A stretch of 64,000 bases of DNA. Origin: Eledone cirrhosa. Lineage: Eukaryota. This document shows, in pieces, positions 30,086-43,889 of this stretch. The position numbers and the translations under genes were made by a program. The stretch spans positions 326,554,001 through 326,618,000 of the forward strand of contig OZ024743.1 in NCBI GenBank assembly GCA_964016885.1, given 5' to 3'. Numbering within the stretch: position 1 is the first letter of the stretch; each line of letters begins with the position of its first letter. The notes under the pieces were generated by a model. That model searched no databases and was not told where the DNA came from. It saw only the letters and a program-made list of their open reading frames with translations.

Positions 30086-30270
30086 TGAGATTCTACAGGA
30101 CTAGAACTGTTTCATTCTTTAGAAATCATCAGGATTCCTGATGATTTCTAAAGAATGAAACAGTTCTAGTCCTGTAGAATCTCATCTATATTAAAACTTT
30201 TATACTCTGCAATGTATTGAGTACCTTACTTACTGTGGTTACCTCCGATTCAACCCGGAATAACGTAATA
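30082..30270. mobile_element. Fold-back element family C with a hammerhead core at the hairpin apex; second copy 57270-57460
   Basis: Perfect hairpin 30082-30190 with apex tcatcagg-att-cCTGATGA, followed by t TTC taaa GAA t-GAAA-C a G-TT. The tail tgtattgagtaccttacttactgtggttac is shared with 57285-57318 (reverse strand). Confidence 0.75.
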
Positions 30271-30447
30271 TATATATATATATATATTTATTAAAATAAC
30301 AGACTAAAGTTTAAGCAAAGAATCGTTGCTTTCACCCTTAACGGGATCTTCTGAAACTGTTATTTTAATAAATATTTGCTCTACGGTTGTTATATATTTG
30401 ATATACTTATCGAGCCCTCTTTGGATTTTAGTCTTCAAATTTATTAT

Positions 30448-30519
<72 letters not shown>

Positions 30520-30556
30520 TATTTTCCGTAGTGTTGTAATATGAATATTACACACA

Positions 30557-30618
<62 letters not shown>

Positions 30619-31544
30619 TATATATATATATATTGATATTACAAATTACCAAAATTGATTACTATTCTAAAATCTCTTATGTTAATTAGTATCCATATTA
30701 TGAAAACATGTTTCTTTCATTGTAACTGTAAAGAATAGCTTGAATCTACTTTTTCAAAAATTGTAAAACTGTTTTAGAAATTAATTTTAATTAAAGGAAT
30801 TTAATATGCAATTTATTTTCATAAAAACCATCGGAATTTTTAAAGTAAATATTCTCATTGAAAGTAGATATATTTCAATTTAGACTCAATTATAATATGG
30901 TGTAATGGAGTGGGAACGGCGTTCCCTCACTATTTTAAGTAAATCCAAATTTAGAAATGTCAAATATAATTGATGTTTTAATTTACATCCCTAAAAGAAA
31001 TATGAGAATAACTCGTTAAGTATTTTATCTATTGTTGATATAACTATAAATTGGTCAAACATACAGAATACGAAAGCAGTATTAGAAAGGACTATAAATG
31101 CCATAAATGAGAGGAAAATGAGGGCAAGGGCAAAGGCAGAGGAAGAAAGAAAGAGAGAAGAAAGAAAGAGAGAAGAAGAGAGGATGACAGACTCTACACC
31201 GAGGTCAGAGCGGTGTTTCGGCTGCGTCCCGCCGACAAAATGATAAAGCCATTTCCGTGGACAATGGCCAGTGACAATCGCTACAACAGCCACCCCACCT
31301 CGTGGGACTACTTCTTCAGACGGGCTGCTGTCGTTCCGATTTTATGGAGGAGGTCATTAAGTGTTTCAATTCTTTTTTGTTTCGGTTGAATTGTTGATGG
31401 AATGCTGCTGTATAAAATTCGAAGCATTGGGCTTTTTTCGGCATTATCCCATTACTTAAAAAGAAGAAATCCCGCTCGTTTCTAAGAGGCCAGCAGCTGT
31501 TTCCTTCACATGGACAGTAGTATTCCCGGTTGTTAAATTGTGCG

Positions 31545-31885
31545 CAGTGTGATCGAATGGTTATGAAGTGCGCTCCGCAATCATTAGGTCCCTGATTCCA
31601 TCCCACTTCGTCACATCTTGGGGCAAATGTTACATACCATAGCCATGGATCGATACATGGTTTGTGACTGAAATTGGGTAGACGGAAATTGCTTGGAAGC
31701 CCGTATGCCTGTAATATGAAGGGTCAGCCTTGTCACACACTATCATGCTGAATTACCCTGGGAATTACTTTAAAGCTATACGTGTCTCTGGAATACTCAA
31801 CCACTTACGCAGTAATTTTATGGGTAAGTATTTCAGTTGGTCTAACAACTGGAACAGTCATCGTCGAAACCAACAGGGGTCCATT
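31545..31885 (+). mobile_element. tRNA-derived SINE family 2 (representative). Related copies: 15935-16090(-), 21265-21582, 32020-32340, 33700-34312 (interrupted), 47555-48085 (interrupted), 58802-58920, 59718-59830(-)
   Basis: tRNA-like head, CORE-like ttgggcaagtg, and a shared 3' part actcaaccacttac..taatttca...aacaactggaacactc.tcgtcgaaac..acggaggtcc. Confidence 0.72.
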
Positions 31886-32513
31886 CTGACCTATGAGTTC
31901 ATGTCTCACTCAATCTGTTATTTCCTCCATCTAAATGCCGTGTAAAGTTAAGTCCATAAACACAAAAGTATATTTCTGATCCCGTTATTTATTTTGTTTT
32001 TCTATTATTTGGGTGGAATTCAACCAGGCTTAATTGTTAGGGTGTTCGGTTTACGATCGTAAAGTTGTGAGATCGATTTCCGACGGCGCGTTGTGTCGTT
32101 CAGCAAGACACTTTATTTCCCGTTGCTCCAGTGCATTCAGATGGAAAAAAGGAAGTTGTGCCTGTGATTCAAATGACCAGCTTTGTCATACACATTGTCA
32201 TGCTGACTCTCCCTGAGAATTATGTTATGGGTACATGTATCTGTGAAATCATCACTCACACGCATTTTAATTTCACGAGCAGACTATTCCGTTGTTCAAA
32301 CAATTGGAACACTCGTCGTCGAAGCCGACGGAGGTCCAACACACACAAACACGTCACTCAACCAGTCTTTAATTTGTTAGTAGAAGACATATCTACATAG
32401 TCATACAGTTGGCTTTAAATTAGTATTGAGTAATTCGTTCTACGACATTGATATATGTTCACATTAACTCTTTCGTGACCGTATCTCTAATGAAATACAC
32501 TCTATTTTAATTA

Positions 32514-32693
32514 CCGTATTTCCCGGCGCTGAAGACGCTTCGTCCTCGAGGACACACCCTAATTTTGACAGGCAAATATTTGAAGAAAAAAAAATAAACA
32601 TAAAAATGCAACCTTCGGCCTCAAGGACGCCTGGTAGATTTTTTTATACATATTTTAGGAAAAAAGTAGCGTCTTCGACTCCGGGAAATACGG
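32514..32693. mobile_element. Tc1/mariner (pogo-like) MITE
   Basis: TIRs ccgtatttcccgg..gaagacgc and gcgtcttc..ccgggaaatacgg with TA on both sides. Confidence 0.85.
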
Positions 32694-32741
32694 TAATTAA
32701 TCTGGAATTTGGAAGGATTTACTAACTTTATTCATTATATC

Positions 32742-32935
32742 CAGACCTATCAACTCTACCCGTCCGACAGAGAGATGTCCCACACAATTTGGGGTGGGAG
32801 GGAGATGTCTTCTCTTGTGAAAATGGGTATAGCTTTCATTATGTAAAATTTCCCCCATTTTGCCTCATTTCTCCGTTTTGGGCCACATTTTTTCATGGTA
32901 CTCCCCGTTTGGGTGTTTAGGGCTTGGCAGGTCTG
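32742..32935. mobile_element. MITE with CAGACCTG-type TIRs and 6-bp TSD (other copies 33800-34177, 43889-44186, 47802-47975)
   Basis: TSDs tatatc/tatatc, ccataa/gcataa, gtgtgt/gtgtgt and gggtac/gggtat; shared internal sequence. Confidence 0.85.
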
Positions 32936-33496
32936 TATATCATTACACTAACAAAGTAACTTGACATATGGTTCTTATATAAAATCATGTTGAAAGATTG
33001 TTATTTAAATAGGAACCCTTTAAATGGATTTTTCTTTTTAAGTGTTAATATATTAATGCCTTTTTAGCTATACACACAGACATGCGTGCTCGTATTCCTG
33101 CAAATAAGGGCGTGGTTTTGGAAATGCTAATGCTAATATTTCGATTGACCTACGGATGAGAATGTTAGTTATTAATTTCAAACCTATTCTGAACAGATGA
33201 CGTCTAGGAATTTTGCATGAGAAGCGTTACTCATTAAATGGGTAAGAATATTGCACGTCTTTCTTAATAAATCTGAGGTGTGGTCTACAGCTTGAAAAAC
33301 AAACATATACATTATATATATATACGTATATGTATGTGTTTGTGTATATGTATGTGTATGTATGTATGTGTGTAGCTATGTACGTATCAATGTATGTAGG
33401 TGCATGTATATAAGTCTATGTATGCATCTATGGAAGGATGTATATGTGTATATATATATGTGTGTGTATATATCTGTGTGTATATGTATATATGTG

Positions 33497-33530
33497 TATA
33501 TATATATTCGTGAGCAGTGGGCTATCAATT
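33497..33530 (+). promoter_or_regulatory. Candidate TATA box and initiator for the peptide gene
   Basis: TATATATATA at 33497-33506 and an Inr-like TCAATT at 33525-33530, about 28 nt downstream and about 90 nt before the ATG. Caveats: the TATA is part of a microsatellite-like tract, and tttcAG at 33548 could instead be an acceptor for an upstream UTR exon. Confidence 0.35.
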
Positions 33531-33615
33531 TCTCGCTTTCCGTTTCAGCGTATCAAAGTCTACTTCCTGAATTCTGTTCAACACAAGAAACCTGCACATA
33601 AAACCTACAGTTACT

Positions 33616-33618
33616 ATG
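33616..33618 (+). CDS. Coding exon 1 (ATG only) of a secreted Cys-rich peptide precursor
   Basis: ttact-ATG|GTAAGT is a consensus donor directly after an ATG. It joins in phase 0 to the exon at 46456 to give M-V-K-N-M-F-I-F... The in-frame ATG at 46465 is an alternative start if this link is wrong. Confidence 0.65.
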
Positions 33619-34538
33619 GTAAGTAAGAAAGTACATTTATTTTCCTTGTTTCTTTTTCGGCCATTCCTTACCTCTTACCTCTTACACTCCTAATCGTGGA
33701 CGGGGCATGGTTGAATGGTTAAAAGGGTCACTTTGCAGTCATTAGGTCCTGTGTTCCATCCCACTTCGTGTCATTGTGAGCAAATCTCATTTACCATAAC
33801 AGACCTGTCAACTGCCCACCGTCCGACGGGGAGATTTGCAATAGCCTTTGGGGTGGATGAAAGATGTTTTCTCTTGTGAAAATGGGTATAGCTTTCATTA
33901 TGTAAAATCTCCCAGTAGAGGGTCGGATGCCATGCTTTTCAGCACAGTTACGTCCCTTTACGGACTGAGTTCAAATCCCGCCGATGTTAACTTTGCCTTT
34001 CATCCTTACGGGGTCGATAAAATAAAGTACCAGTAATACACTGGGATAATTGCTGGCCTTGTGCCAAAAGTAGAAACAATTATGTAAAATCTCCCAATTT
34101 TACCTCATTTCTCTCCGCTTTGAGGCACTTTTTTTCATGGTCCTCCCCGCTGGGGTTTTTAGAGTTTGGCAGGTCTGGCATAACATCGGATTGACCAGTG
34201 TCCTGTAATTGAATTTTGGTAGATGGAAACTGTTTTTAGACCGTCTGATGTACTATACCTGTAATTCAAAGTTCCAGCTTTGCCACACACCGTGTCAAGC
34301 TGACTATCCCTGCTAAGCGTATATGTGTCTGTGTGTAATGCTCAGTATGTTTTTTTTTTCGGGGGGGGGGGGGACTCTGTAAATCTCTCGCTTCACTTCT
34401 AACCAACTGTTGGCTTGAAGCACAGACAGACCACATGAAGAGAGTATATTTATGTATATAACTGTGTGTGTATGCTCAGTCAGGCATACACACATGCAGA
34501 CTCTCACATACACACACTCACACTCACACACACACACA

Positions 34539-34597
<59 letters not shown>

Positions 34598-34802
34598 GCT
34601 GAAATCAAACGATATGGGGTCTATTGTGTTTATTAGATGATATTCAACAAGCAAAACATACACGTCAATATTATGGGAATGCTGTTCGGTTGATCGAACA
34701 ACTAGAACATACATCGTCGAAGCTGACGGAGATCCCTTCTTATTCCATTCTGCACTCCTAATCAATTTTGTTCTATTTTTCTCCATCTGTGTATTATTTA
34801 TA

Positions 34803-37800
34803 TCTGTTAACACGCGTGTGTGTGTGTGTTTTAATACATGTGTGTGTGTTAATACATGTGTCTGTGTTAATACGTGTGTCTGTGTTAATACGTGTGTCTG
34901 TGTTAACACATGTGTCTGTGTTAATACATGTGTCTGTGTTAATACATGTGTCTGTGTTAATACATGTGTCTGTGTTAATACATTGTCTGTGTTAATACGT
35001 GTGTGTGTGTTAATACATGTGTCTGTGTGTCTGTGTTAATACATGTGTCTGTGTTAATACATGTGTCTGTGTTAATACGTGTGTCTGTGTTAATACATGT
35101 GTCTGTGTTAATACATGCGTGTGTGTTAATACGTGTGTCTGTGTTAATACGTGTGTCTGTGTTAACACATGTGTCTGTGTTAATACATGTGTCTGTGTTA
35201 ATACATGTGTCTGTGTTAATACATGTGTCTGTGTTAATACATTGTCTGTGTTAATACGTGTGTGTGTGTTAATACATGTGTCTGTGTTAATACATGTGTC
35301 TGTGTTAATACATGTGTCTGTGTTAATACATGTGTCTGTGTTAATACATGTGTCTGTGTTAATACATGCGTGTGTGTTAACACATGCGTGTGTGATAACA
35401 CGTGTGTGTGTTAATACATGTCTGTGTTAATACATGTCTGTGTGTTAATACGTGTGTATGTGTGTTAATGCATGTGTGTGTGTTAACACGTGTGTATGTG
35501 TGTGTTAATGCGTGTGTGTGTTAATATAATACATGTGTCTGTGTTAACGCGTGTGTGTGTTAATACATGCCTGTGTGTTAATACGTGTGTGTGTGTGTGT
35601 GTTAATACATGTGGGTGTGTTAATACGTGTGTGTGTCTTAATACGTGTGTGTGTTAATACGTGTGTGTGTGTCTTAATACGTGTGTGTGTTAATACGTGT
35701 GTGTGTTAATACATGTCTGTGTTAATACATGTCTGTGTGTTAATACGTGTGTATGTGTGTTAATGCATGTGTGTGTGTGTTAACACGTGTGTATGTGTGT
35801 GTTAATGCGTGTGTGTGTTAATATAATACATGTGTCTGTGTTAACGCGTGTGTGTGTTAATACATGCCTGTGTGTTAATACGTGTGTGTGTGTGTTAATA
35901 CATGTGTCTGTGTTAATACATGTGTGTGTGTTAATACGTGTGTGTGTGTTAATACATGTGTCTGTGTTAATACGTGTGTGTGTGTTAATACATGTGTCTG
36001 TGTTAATACATGTGTCTGTGTTAATACATTGTCTGTGTTAATACATGTGTCTGTGTTAATACATGTGTGTGTGTTAATACATGTGTCTGTGTTAATACAT
36101 TGTCTGTGTTAATACATGTGTCTGTGTTAATACGTGTGTGTATGTTAATACATGTGTGTGTGTTAATACATGTGTCTGTGTTAATACATTGTCTGTGTTA
36201 ATACGTGTGTCTGTGTTAATACGTGTGTCTGTGTGTGTGTTAATACGTGTGTGTGTGTTAATACATTGTCTGTGTTAATACATGTGTGTGTGTTAATACA
36301 TGTGTCTGTGTTAATACATGTGTCTGTGTTAATACATGTGTGTGTGTTAATACATGTGTCTGTGTTAATACGTGTGTGTGTGTTAATACATGTGTATGTG
36401 TTAATACGTGTGTGTGTGTTAATACATGTGTCTGTGTTAATACATTGTCTGTGTTAATACATGTGTCTGTGTTAATACATTGTCTATGTTAATACATGTG
36501 TCTGTGTTAATACATTGTCTGTGTTAATACATGTGTCTGTGTTAATACATTGTCTGTGTTAATATATGTGTCTGTGTTAATACATGTGTGTGTGTTAATA
36601 CATGTGTGTGTGTTAATACGTGTGTCTGTGTTAATACATGTGTCTGTGTTAATACATGTGTCTGTGTTAATACATGTGTGTGTGTTAATACGTGTGTCTG
36701 TGTGTTAATACATGTGTCTGTGTTAATACATGTGTGTGTGTTAATACGTGTGTGTGTGTTAATACATGTGTCTGTGTTAATACGTGTGTGTGTGTTAATA
36801 CATGTGTCTGTGTTAATACATGTGTCTGTGTTAATACATTGTCTGTGTTAATACATGTGTCTGTGTTAATACATTGTCTGTGTTAATACATGTGTCTGTG
36901 TTAATACGTGTGTCTGTGTTAATACGTGTGTGTGTGTGTTAATACGTGTGTCTGTGTTAATACGTGTGTCTGTGTTAATACATGTGTCTGTGTTAATACA
37001 TGTGTCTGTGTTAATACATGTGTGTGTGTTAATACGTGTGTCTGTGTGTTAATACATGTGTCTGTGTTAATACATGTGTGTGTGTTAATACGTGTGTGTG
37101 TGTTAATACATGTGTCTGTGTTAATACGTGTGTGTGTGTTAATACATGTGTCTGTGTTAATACATGTGTCTGTGTTAATACATTGTCTGTGTTAATACAT
37201 GTGTCTGTGTTAATACATGTGTGTGTGTTAATACATGTGTCTGTGTTAATACATTGTCTGTGTTAATACATGTGTCTGTGTTAATACATGTGTGTGTGTT
37301 AATACATGTGTGTGTGTTAATACATGTGTCTGTGTTAATAAGTGTGTGTGTGTTAATACATGTGTCTGTGTTAATACATTGTATGTGTTAATACGTGTGT
37401 CTGTGTTAATACGTGTGTCTGTGTGTGTGTTAATACGTGTGTGTGTGTTAATACATTGTCTGTGTTAATACATGTGTGTGTGTTAATACATGTGTCTGTG
37501 TTAATACATGTGTCTGTGTTAATACATGTGTGTGTGTTAATACATGTGTCTGTGTTAATACGTGTGTGTGTGTTAATACATGTGTATGTGTTAATACGTG
37601 TGTGTGTGTTAATACATGTGTCTGTGTTAATACATTGTCTGTGTTAATACATGTGTCTGCGTTAATACATTGTCTGTGTTAATACATGTGTCTGTGTTAA
37701 TACATTGTCTGTGTTAATACATGTGTCTGTGTTAATACATTGTCTGTGTTAATACATGTGTCTGTGTTAATACATGTGTGTGTGTTAATACATGTGTGTG

Positions 37801-40800
37801 TGTTAATACGTGTGTGTGTGTTAATACATTGTCTGTGTTAATACATGTGTCTGTGTTAATACATTGTCTGTGTTAATACATGTGTCTGTGTTAATACGTG
37901 TGTCTGTGTTAATACGTGTGTGTGTGTGTTAATACGTGTGTCTGTGTTAATACGTGTGTCTGTGTTAATACATGTGTCTGTGTTAATACATGTGTGTGTG
38001 TTAATACGTGTGTCTGTGTTAATACATGCGTGTGTGTTAATACCTGTGTCTGTGTTAATACATGTGTGTGTGTTAATACATGTGTGTGTGTTAATACGTG
38101 TGTGTGTGTTAATACATTGTCTGTGTTAATACATGTGTCTGTGTTAATACATTGTCTGTGTTAATACATGTGTCTGTGTTAATACGTGTGTCTGTGTTAA
38201 TACGTGTGTGTGTGTGTGTTAATACGTGTGTCTGTGTTAATACGTGTGTCTGTGTTAATACATGTGTCTGTGTTAATACATTGTCTGTGTTAATACGTGT
38301 GTCTGTGTTAATACGTGTGTCTCTGTGTGTGTTAATACGTGTGTGTGTGTTAATACATTGTCTGTGTTAATACATGTGTGTGTGTTAATACATGTGTCTG
38401 TGTTAATACATGTGTCTGTGTTAATACATGTGTGTGTGTTAATACATGTGTCTGTGTTAATACGTGTGTGTGTGTTAATACATGTGTATGTGTTAATACG
38501 TGTGTGTGTGTTAATACATGTGTCTGTGTTAATACATTGTCTGTGTTAATACATGTGTCTGTGTTAATACATTGTCTGTGTTAATACATTGTCTGTGTTA
38601 ATACATGTGTCTGTGTTAATACATTGTCTGTGTTAATACATGTGTCTGTGTTAATACATGTGTGTGTGTTAATACATGTGTGTGTGTTAATACGTGTGTG
38701 TGTGTTAATACATTGTCTGTGTTAATACATGTGTCTGTGTTAATACATTGTCTGTGTTAATACATGTGTCTGTGTTAATACGTGTGTCTGTGTTAATACG
38801 TGTGTGTGTGTGTTAATACGTGTGTCTGTGTTAATACGTGTATCTGTGTTAATACATGTGTCTGTGTTAATACATGCGTCTGTGTTAATACATGTGTGTG
38901 TGTTAATACGTGTGTCTGTGTTAATACATGCGTGTGTGTTAATACCTGTGTCTGTGTTAATACGTGTGTCTGTGTTAATACATGTGTGTGTGTTAATACA
39001 TGTGTCTGTGTTAATACGTGTGTCTGTGTTAATACATGTGTCTGTGTTAATACGTGTGTCTGTGTTAATACGTGTGTGTGTGTTAATACGTGTGTCTGTG
39101 TTAATACGTGTGTGTGTGTTAATACTTGTGTCTGTGTTAATACGTGTGTCTGTGTTAATACATGTGTGTGTGTTAATACATGTGTCTGTGTTAATACGTG
39201 TGTCTGTGTTAATACATGTGTCTGTGTTAATACATGTGTCTGTGTTAATACATTGTCTGTGTTAATACATTGTCTGTGTTAATACGTGTGTCTGTGTTAA
39301 TACATGCGTGTGTGTTAATACGTGTGTCTGTGTTAATACGTGTGTCTGTGTTAATACATTGTCTGTGTTAATACATGTGTGTGTGTTAATACATGTGTCT
39401 GTGTTAATACATGTGTGTGTGTTAATACATGTGTCTGTGTTAATACATGTGTCTGTGTTAATACATGTGTCTGTGTTAATACATTGTCTGTGTTAATACG
39501 TGTGTCTGTGTTAATACATTGTCTGTGTTAATACATGTGTGTGTGTTAATACATGTGTCTGTGTTAATACATGTGTCTGTGTTAATACATGTGTGTGTGT
39601 TAATACATGTGTCTGTGTTAATACATTGTCTGTGTTAATACAGTGTCTGTGTTAATACGTGTGTGTGTGTTAATACATGTGTCTGTGTTAATACATGTGT
39701 CTGTGTTAATACATTGTCTCTGTTAATACATGTGTCTGTGTTAATACATTGTCTGTGTTAATACGTGTGTGTGTGTTAATACATGTGTCTGTGTTAATAC
39801 ATGTGTCTGTGTTAATACATGTGTGTGTGTTAATACATGTGTCTGTGTTAATACATTGTCTGTGTTAATACATGTGTCTGTGTTAATACGTGTGTGTGTG
39901 TTAATACATGTGTGTGTGTTAATACATGTGTCTGTGTTAATACATTGTCTGTGTTAATACATGTGTCTGTGTTAATACATTGTCTGTGTTAATACGTGTG
40001 TCTGTGTTAATACATGTGTCTGTGTTAATACATGTGTCTGTGTTAATACATGTGTCTGTGTTAATACATGTGTGTGTGTTAATACATGTGTCTGTGTTAA
40101 TACATGTGTCTGTGTTAATACATGTGTCTGTGTTAATACATGTGTCTGTGTTAATACATGTGTCTGTGTTAATACGTGTGTCTGTGTTAATACATGTGTC
40201 TGTGTTAATACATGCGTGTGTGTTAATACGTGTGTCTGTGTTAATACGTGTGTCTGTGTTAACACATGTGTCTGTGTTAATACATGTGTCTGTGTTAATA
40301 CATGTGTCTGTGTTAATACATTGTCTGTGTTAATACGTGTGTGTGTGTTAATACATGTGTCTGTGTGTCTGTGTTAATACATGTGTCTGTGTTAATACAT
40401 GTGTCTGTGTTAATACATGTGTCTGTGTTAATACATGTGTCTGTGTTAATACATGCGTGTGTGTTAATACGTGTGTCTGTGTTAATAAGTGTGTCTGTGT
40501 TAACACATGTGTCTGTGTTAATACATGTGTCTGTGTTAATACATGTGTCTGTGTTAATACATGTGTCTGTGTTAATACATTGTCTGTGTTAATACGTGTG
40601 TGTGTGTTAATACATGTGTCTGTGTTAATACATGTGTCTGTGTTAATACATGTGTCTGTGTTAATACATGTGTCTGTGTTAATACATGTGTCTGTGTTAA
40701 TACATGCGTGTGTGTTAACACATGCGTGTGTGATAACACGTGTGTGTGTTAATACATGTCTGTGTTAATACATGTCTGTGTGTTAATACGTGTGTATGTG

Positions 40801-41250
40801 TGTTAATGCATGTGTGTGTGTTAACACGTGTGTATGTGTGTGTTAATGCGTGTGTGTGTTAATATAATACATGTGTCTGTGTTAACGCGTGTGTGTGTTA
40901 ATACATGCCTGTGTGTTAATACGTGTGTGTGTGTGTGTTAATACATGTGGGTGTGTTAATACGTGTGTGTGTCTTAATACGTGTGTGTGTTAATACGTGT
41001 GTGTGTGTCTTAATACGTGTGTGTGTTAATACGTGTGTGTGTTAATACATGTCTGTGTTAATACATGTCTGTGTGTTAATACGTGTGTATGTGTGTTAAT
41101 GCATGTGTGTGTTAATACGTGTGTGTGTCTTAATACGTGTGTGTGTTAATATGTGTGTATGTGTGTGTTAATACGTGTGTGTGTTAATACGTGTGTATGT
41201 GTGTGTTAATACGTGTGTATGTGTGTCTTAATACGTGTGTGTGTGTTAAT
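34803..41250. repeat. About 6.4-kb minisatellite, 18-bp unit gtgttaatacatgtgtct with 17-bp and other variants
   Basis: Direct reading; the source of all VNTCVC / VLIHVS ORFs. Confidence 0.97.
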
Positions 41251-41447
41251 GTGTACATGCACCACCACACACCCCGGACACATACACACAAACATGGCAA
41301 CTAGATGAAGCAGGAATTATTCTGCATGGTTTTGTCAGTTGTGCATTGATCGTTCATTTTGCGATGTCTAATCATTCACAACTTGCAACTTTGTCTGGTG
41401 TTCTTTTTAGTATTCCAATGATTGCACTGAGGAATGATTACTCACAT

Positions 41448-41540
<93 letters not shown>

Positions 41541-42291
41541 TATTGAAGTTTGCTTGAAGCATTGTGGAACAATAAGTAAATATCTTTAAGTCGTTTGGAA
41601 GCCTCGACAATGCAAATGGGTAAATCTCCGGGTAACAAGGTCCGGTGGTGGAGAGAGAGATGTAAGTGGGTGTACGTTGAGATGCGTGGTGTGTATAAGA
41701 TGTGTGAGATGTGTAGAATGAAGGGAAGAGTATAAAGGATAAAAATAAAAATTACAACACAAGAGAGAGTTACCTTGGGAGAGATTTAATAGTCCCTATA
41801 TATTTCAGATTCACATCCATCAACTGGGGTTTTTTTCCGGGGTGGGGGAAAAGGTTGTCTGTCGGACAAGTCCGGAACGCGTCTTTCGCTGTTTGTTGTT
41901 TTGAATATCTATATATATATTGGTAAACGGAAAAGAAAATGCTGACAAATTGTTCACAGTGAAAAATAGTTTAATTAGGAATAAGTGGAAATTAGTAATA
42001 GTATTGGTTAGTATTCAGTTTTGGTTTTAAGTTTTACCGGTTGCGCATTTCTAATGCTTTTCAAAAATAATTTTGAGATAGAGCGTCCGTGATGTTTGCT
42101 CTAATATATATATATATATATCACTTTCTGTTGCTTCACCATTTTGTTTGTTTACCCTCGCGTCCCCTTTATTTACGTGTCCCAACGACGTTTTTTAGCC
42201 GTTGCTCGCACCAACCGGAGGTATATGGTCTTTAAAGCGATGAAATGCCTATGATAGTTGGAAGATCACTGATGAAGGACAAACTTTTTTC

Positions 42292-42324
<33 letters not shown>

Positions 42325-42325
42325 G

Positions 42326-42422
<97 letters not shown>

Positions 42423-42647
42423 AGAAAATATATATATAGATGTGAGAAAAACCACAGACCCTCCATCTCAACTCTACTTTTGAAAAGCAGAAGAACTGCG
42501 AAACCGGTAAAGGGAACAAATGAATATATATATATTTTTTTTTTAAATAAGACTCCAGTTGCATTTTCGATTTCATCTTTTTTTCTTTATACTTTCACTC
42601 GTGTAGGACACCTCGGTTATTTTTCATTTTGTAAAAGAAAACCTCAC

Positions 42648-42748
<101 letters not shown>

Positions 42749-42848
42749 CTCAGTTATTGATCTATGTAAGTTTACAAACTATCAGATAGAGAGAATATTT
42801 ACTTACTTACTTGCTGTTTGAAAACAGCTGGTGATATGCTTGTAAACT

Positions 42849-42933
<85 letters not shown>

Positions 42934-42936
42934 GTA

Positions 42937-42969
<33 letters not shown>

Positions 42970-42973
42970 GTAT

Positions 42974-43002
<29 letters not shown>

Positions 43003-43004
<2 letters not shown>

Positions 43005-43370
43005 AAGAAAAAGGGATGAAATCGAAAATGCAACTGAAGTCTTATTTTTTTTAAAATATATATATTTATTTGGTTCCTTTACCGGTTTCGCAGTTCTTCT
43101 GCTTTTCAAAAGGTGAGTTGAGATGGAGGGTCTGTGGTTTTTCTCACATTTCTCACATTTTCTCAGATGTGAGAAAAACCACAGACCCTCCATCTCAACT
43201 CACCTTTTGAAAAGCAGAAGAACTGCGAAACCGGTAAAGGAACCAAATAAATATATATATTTTTTAAAAAATAAGACTTCAGTTGCATTTTCGATTTCAT
43301 CCCTTTTTCTTTATACTTCCACTCGTGTAGGACACCTCGGTTATTTTTCATTTTGTAAAAAAAACCTCAC

Positions 43371-43378
<8 letters not shown>
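43003..43378. mobile_element. Fold-back element (arms about 43003-43150 and 43165-43313, plus tail); a second copy at 42418-42655
   Basis: Near-perfect inverted repeat between (TA)n tracts, in intron 1 of the peptide gene. Confidence 0.82.
43203..43240 (+). ncRNA. Variant hammerhead with U3-A8 core (copies 42477-42513 on +, 43076-43113 on -)
   Basis: CCTT-TTGAAAA-GCAG aagaa CTGC-GAAA-CCGG-TA-AAGG. All three stems pair; the core reads UUGAAAA in place of CUGANGA. Confidence 0.72.
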
Positions 43379-43449
<71 letters not shown>

Positions 43450-43768
43450 AATATGACCACAATATGTGTTTGTGTGTTTGTGTGAGTGTGTGTGCGTGTG
43501 TCTGTTTGTGTGTGCGTATGTCTGTGTGTCTGTGTGTGGCATTAAAAGGCGTAATTCACTATTAATTAGGGATTTTCGTCTCATTTTTTTTGTTATGTCT
43601 ATAGGAAGGGGCTCTGCTTATAACCTTTGTAGACCCTTTGACACCGATGAGATTGAAGTCATTAGTATACAATTTAAATTGTTGCATGTCAACTCCTGCA
43701 TGAAAGACATGTGCAGGGAAAGAATTCCAGGGTCATCGATGACCCTGTGATAAACGGGTGAATCTCCT

Positions 43769-43889
<121 letters not shown>

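Noticed and set aside
30990-31330. Open, charged stretch (RARAKAEEERKREE) on the + strand
   Set aside because: No start or clear splice sites and low complexity; probably a retroelement ORF1 remnant that I cannot assign.
34313-40768. VNTCVC / VLIHVS / LTQTHV repeat ORFs, and a CRISPR-like look
   Set aside because: 18-bp tandem units with no unique spacers and no cas genes, in eukaryotic context.
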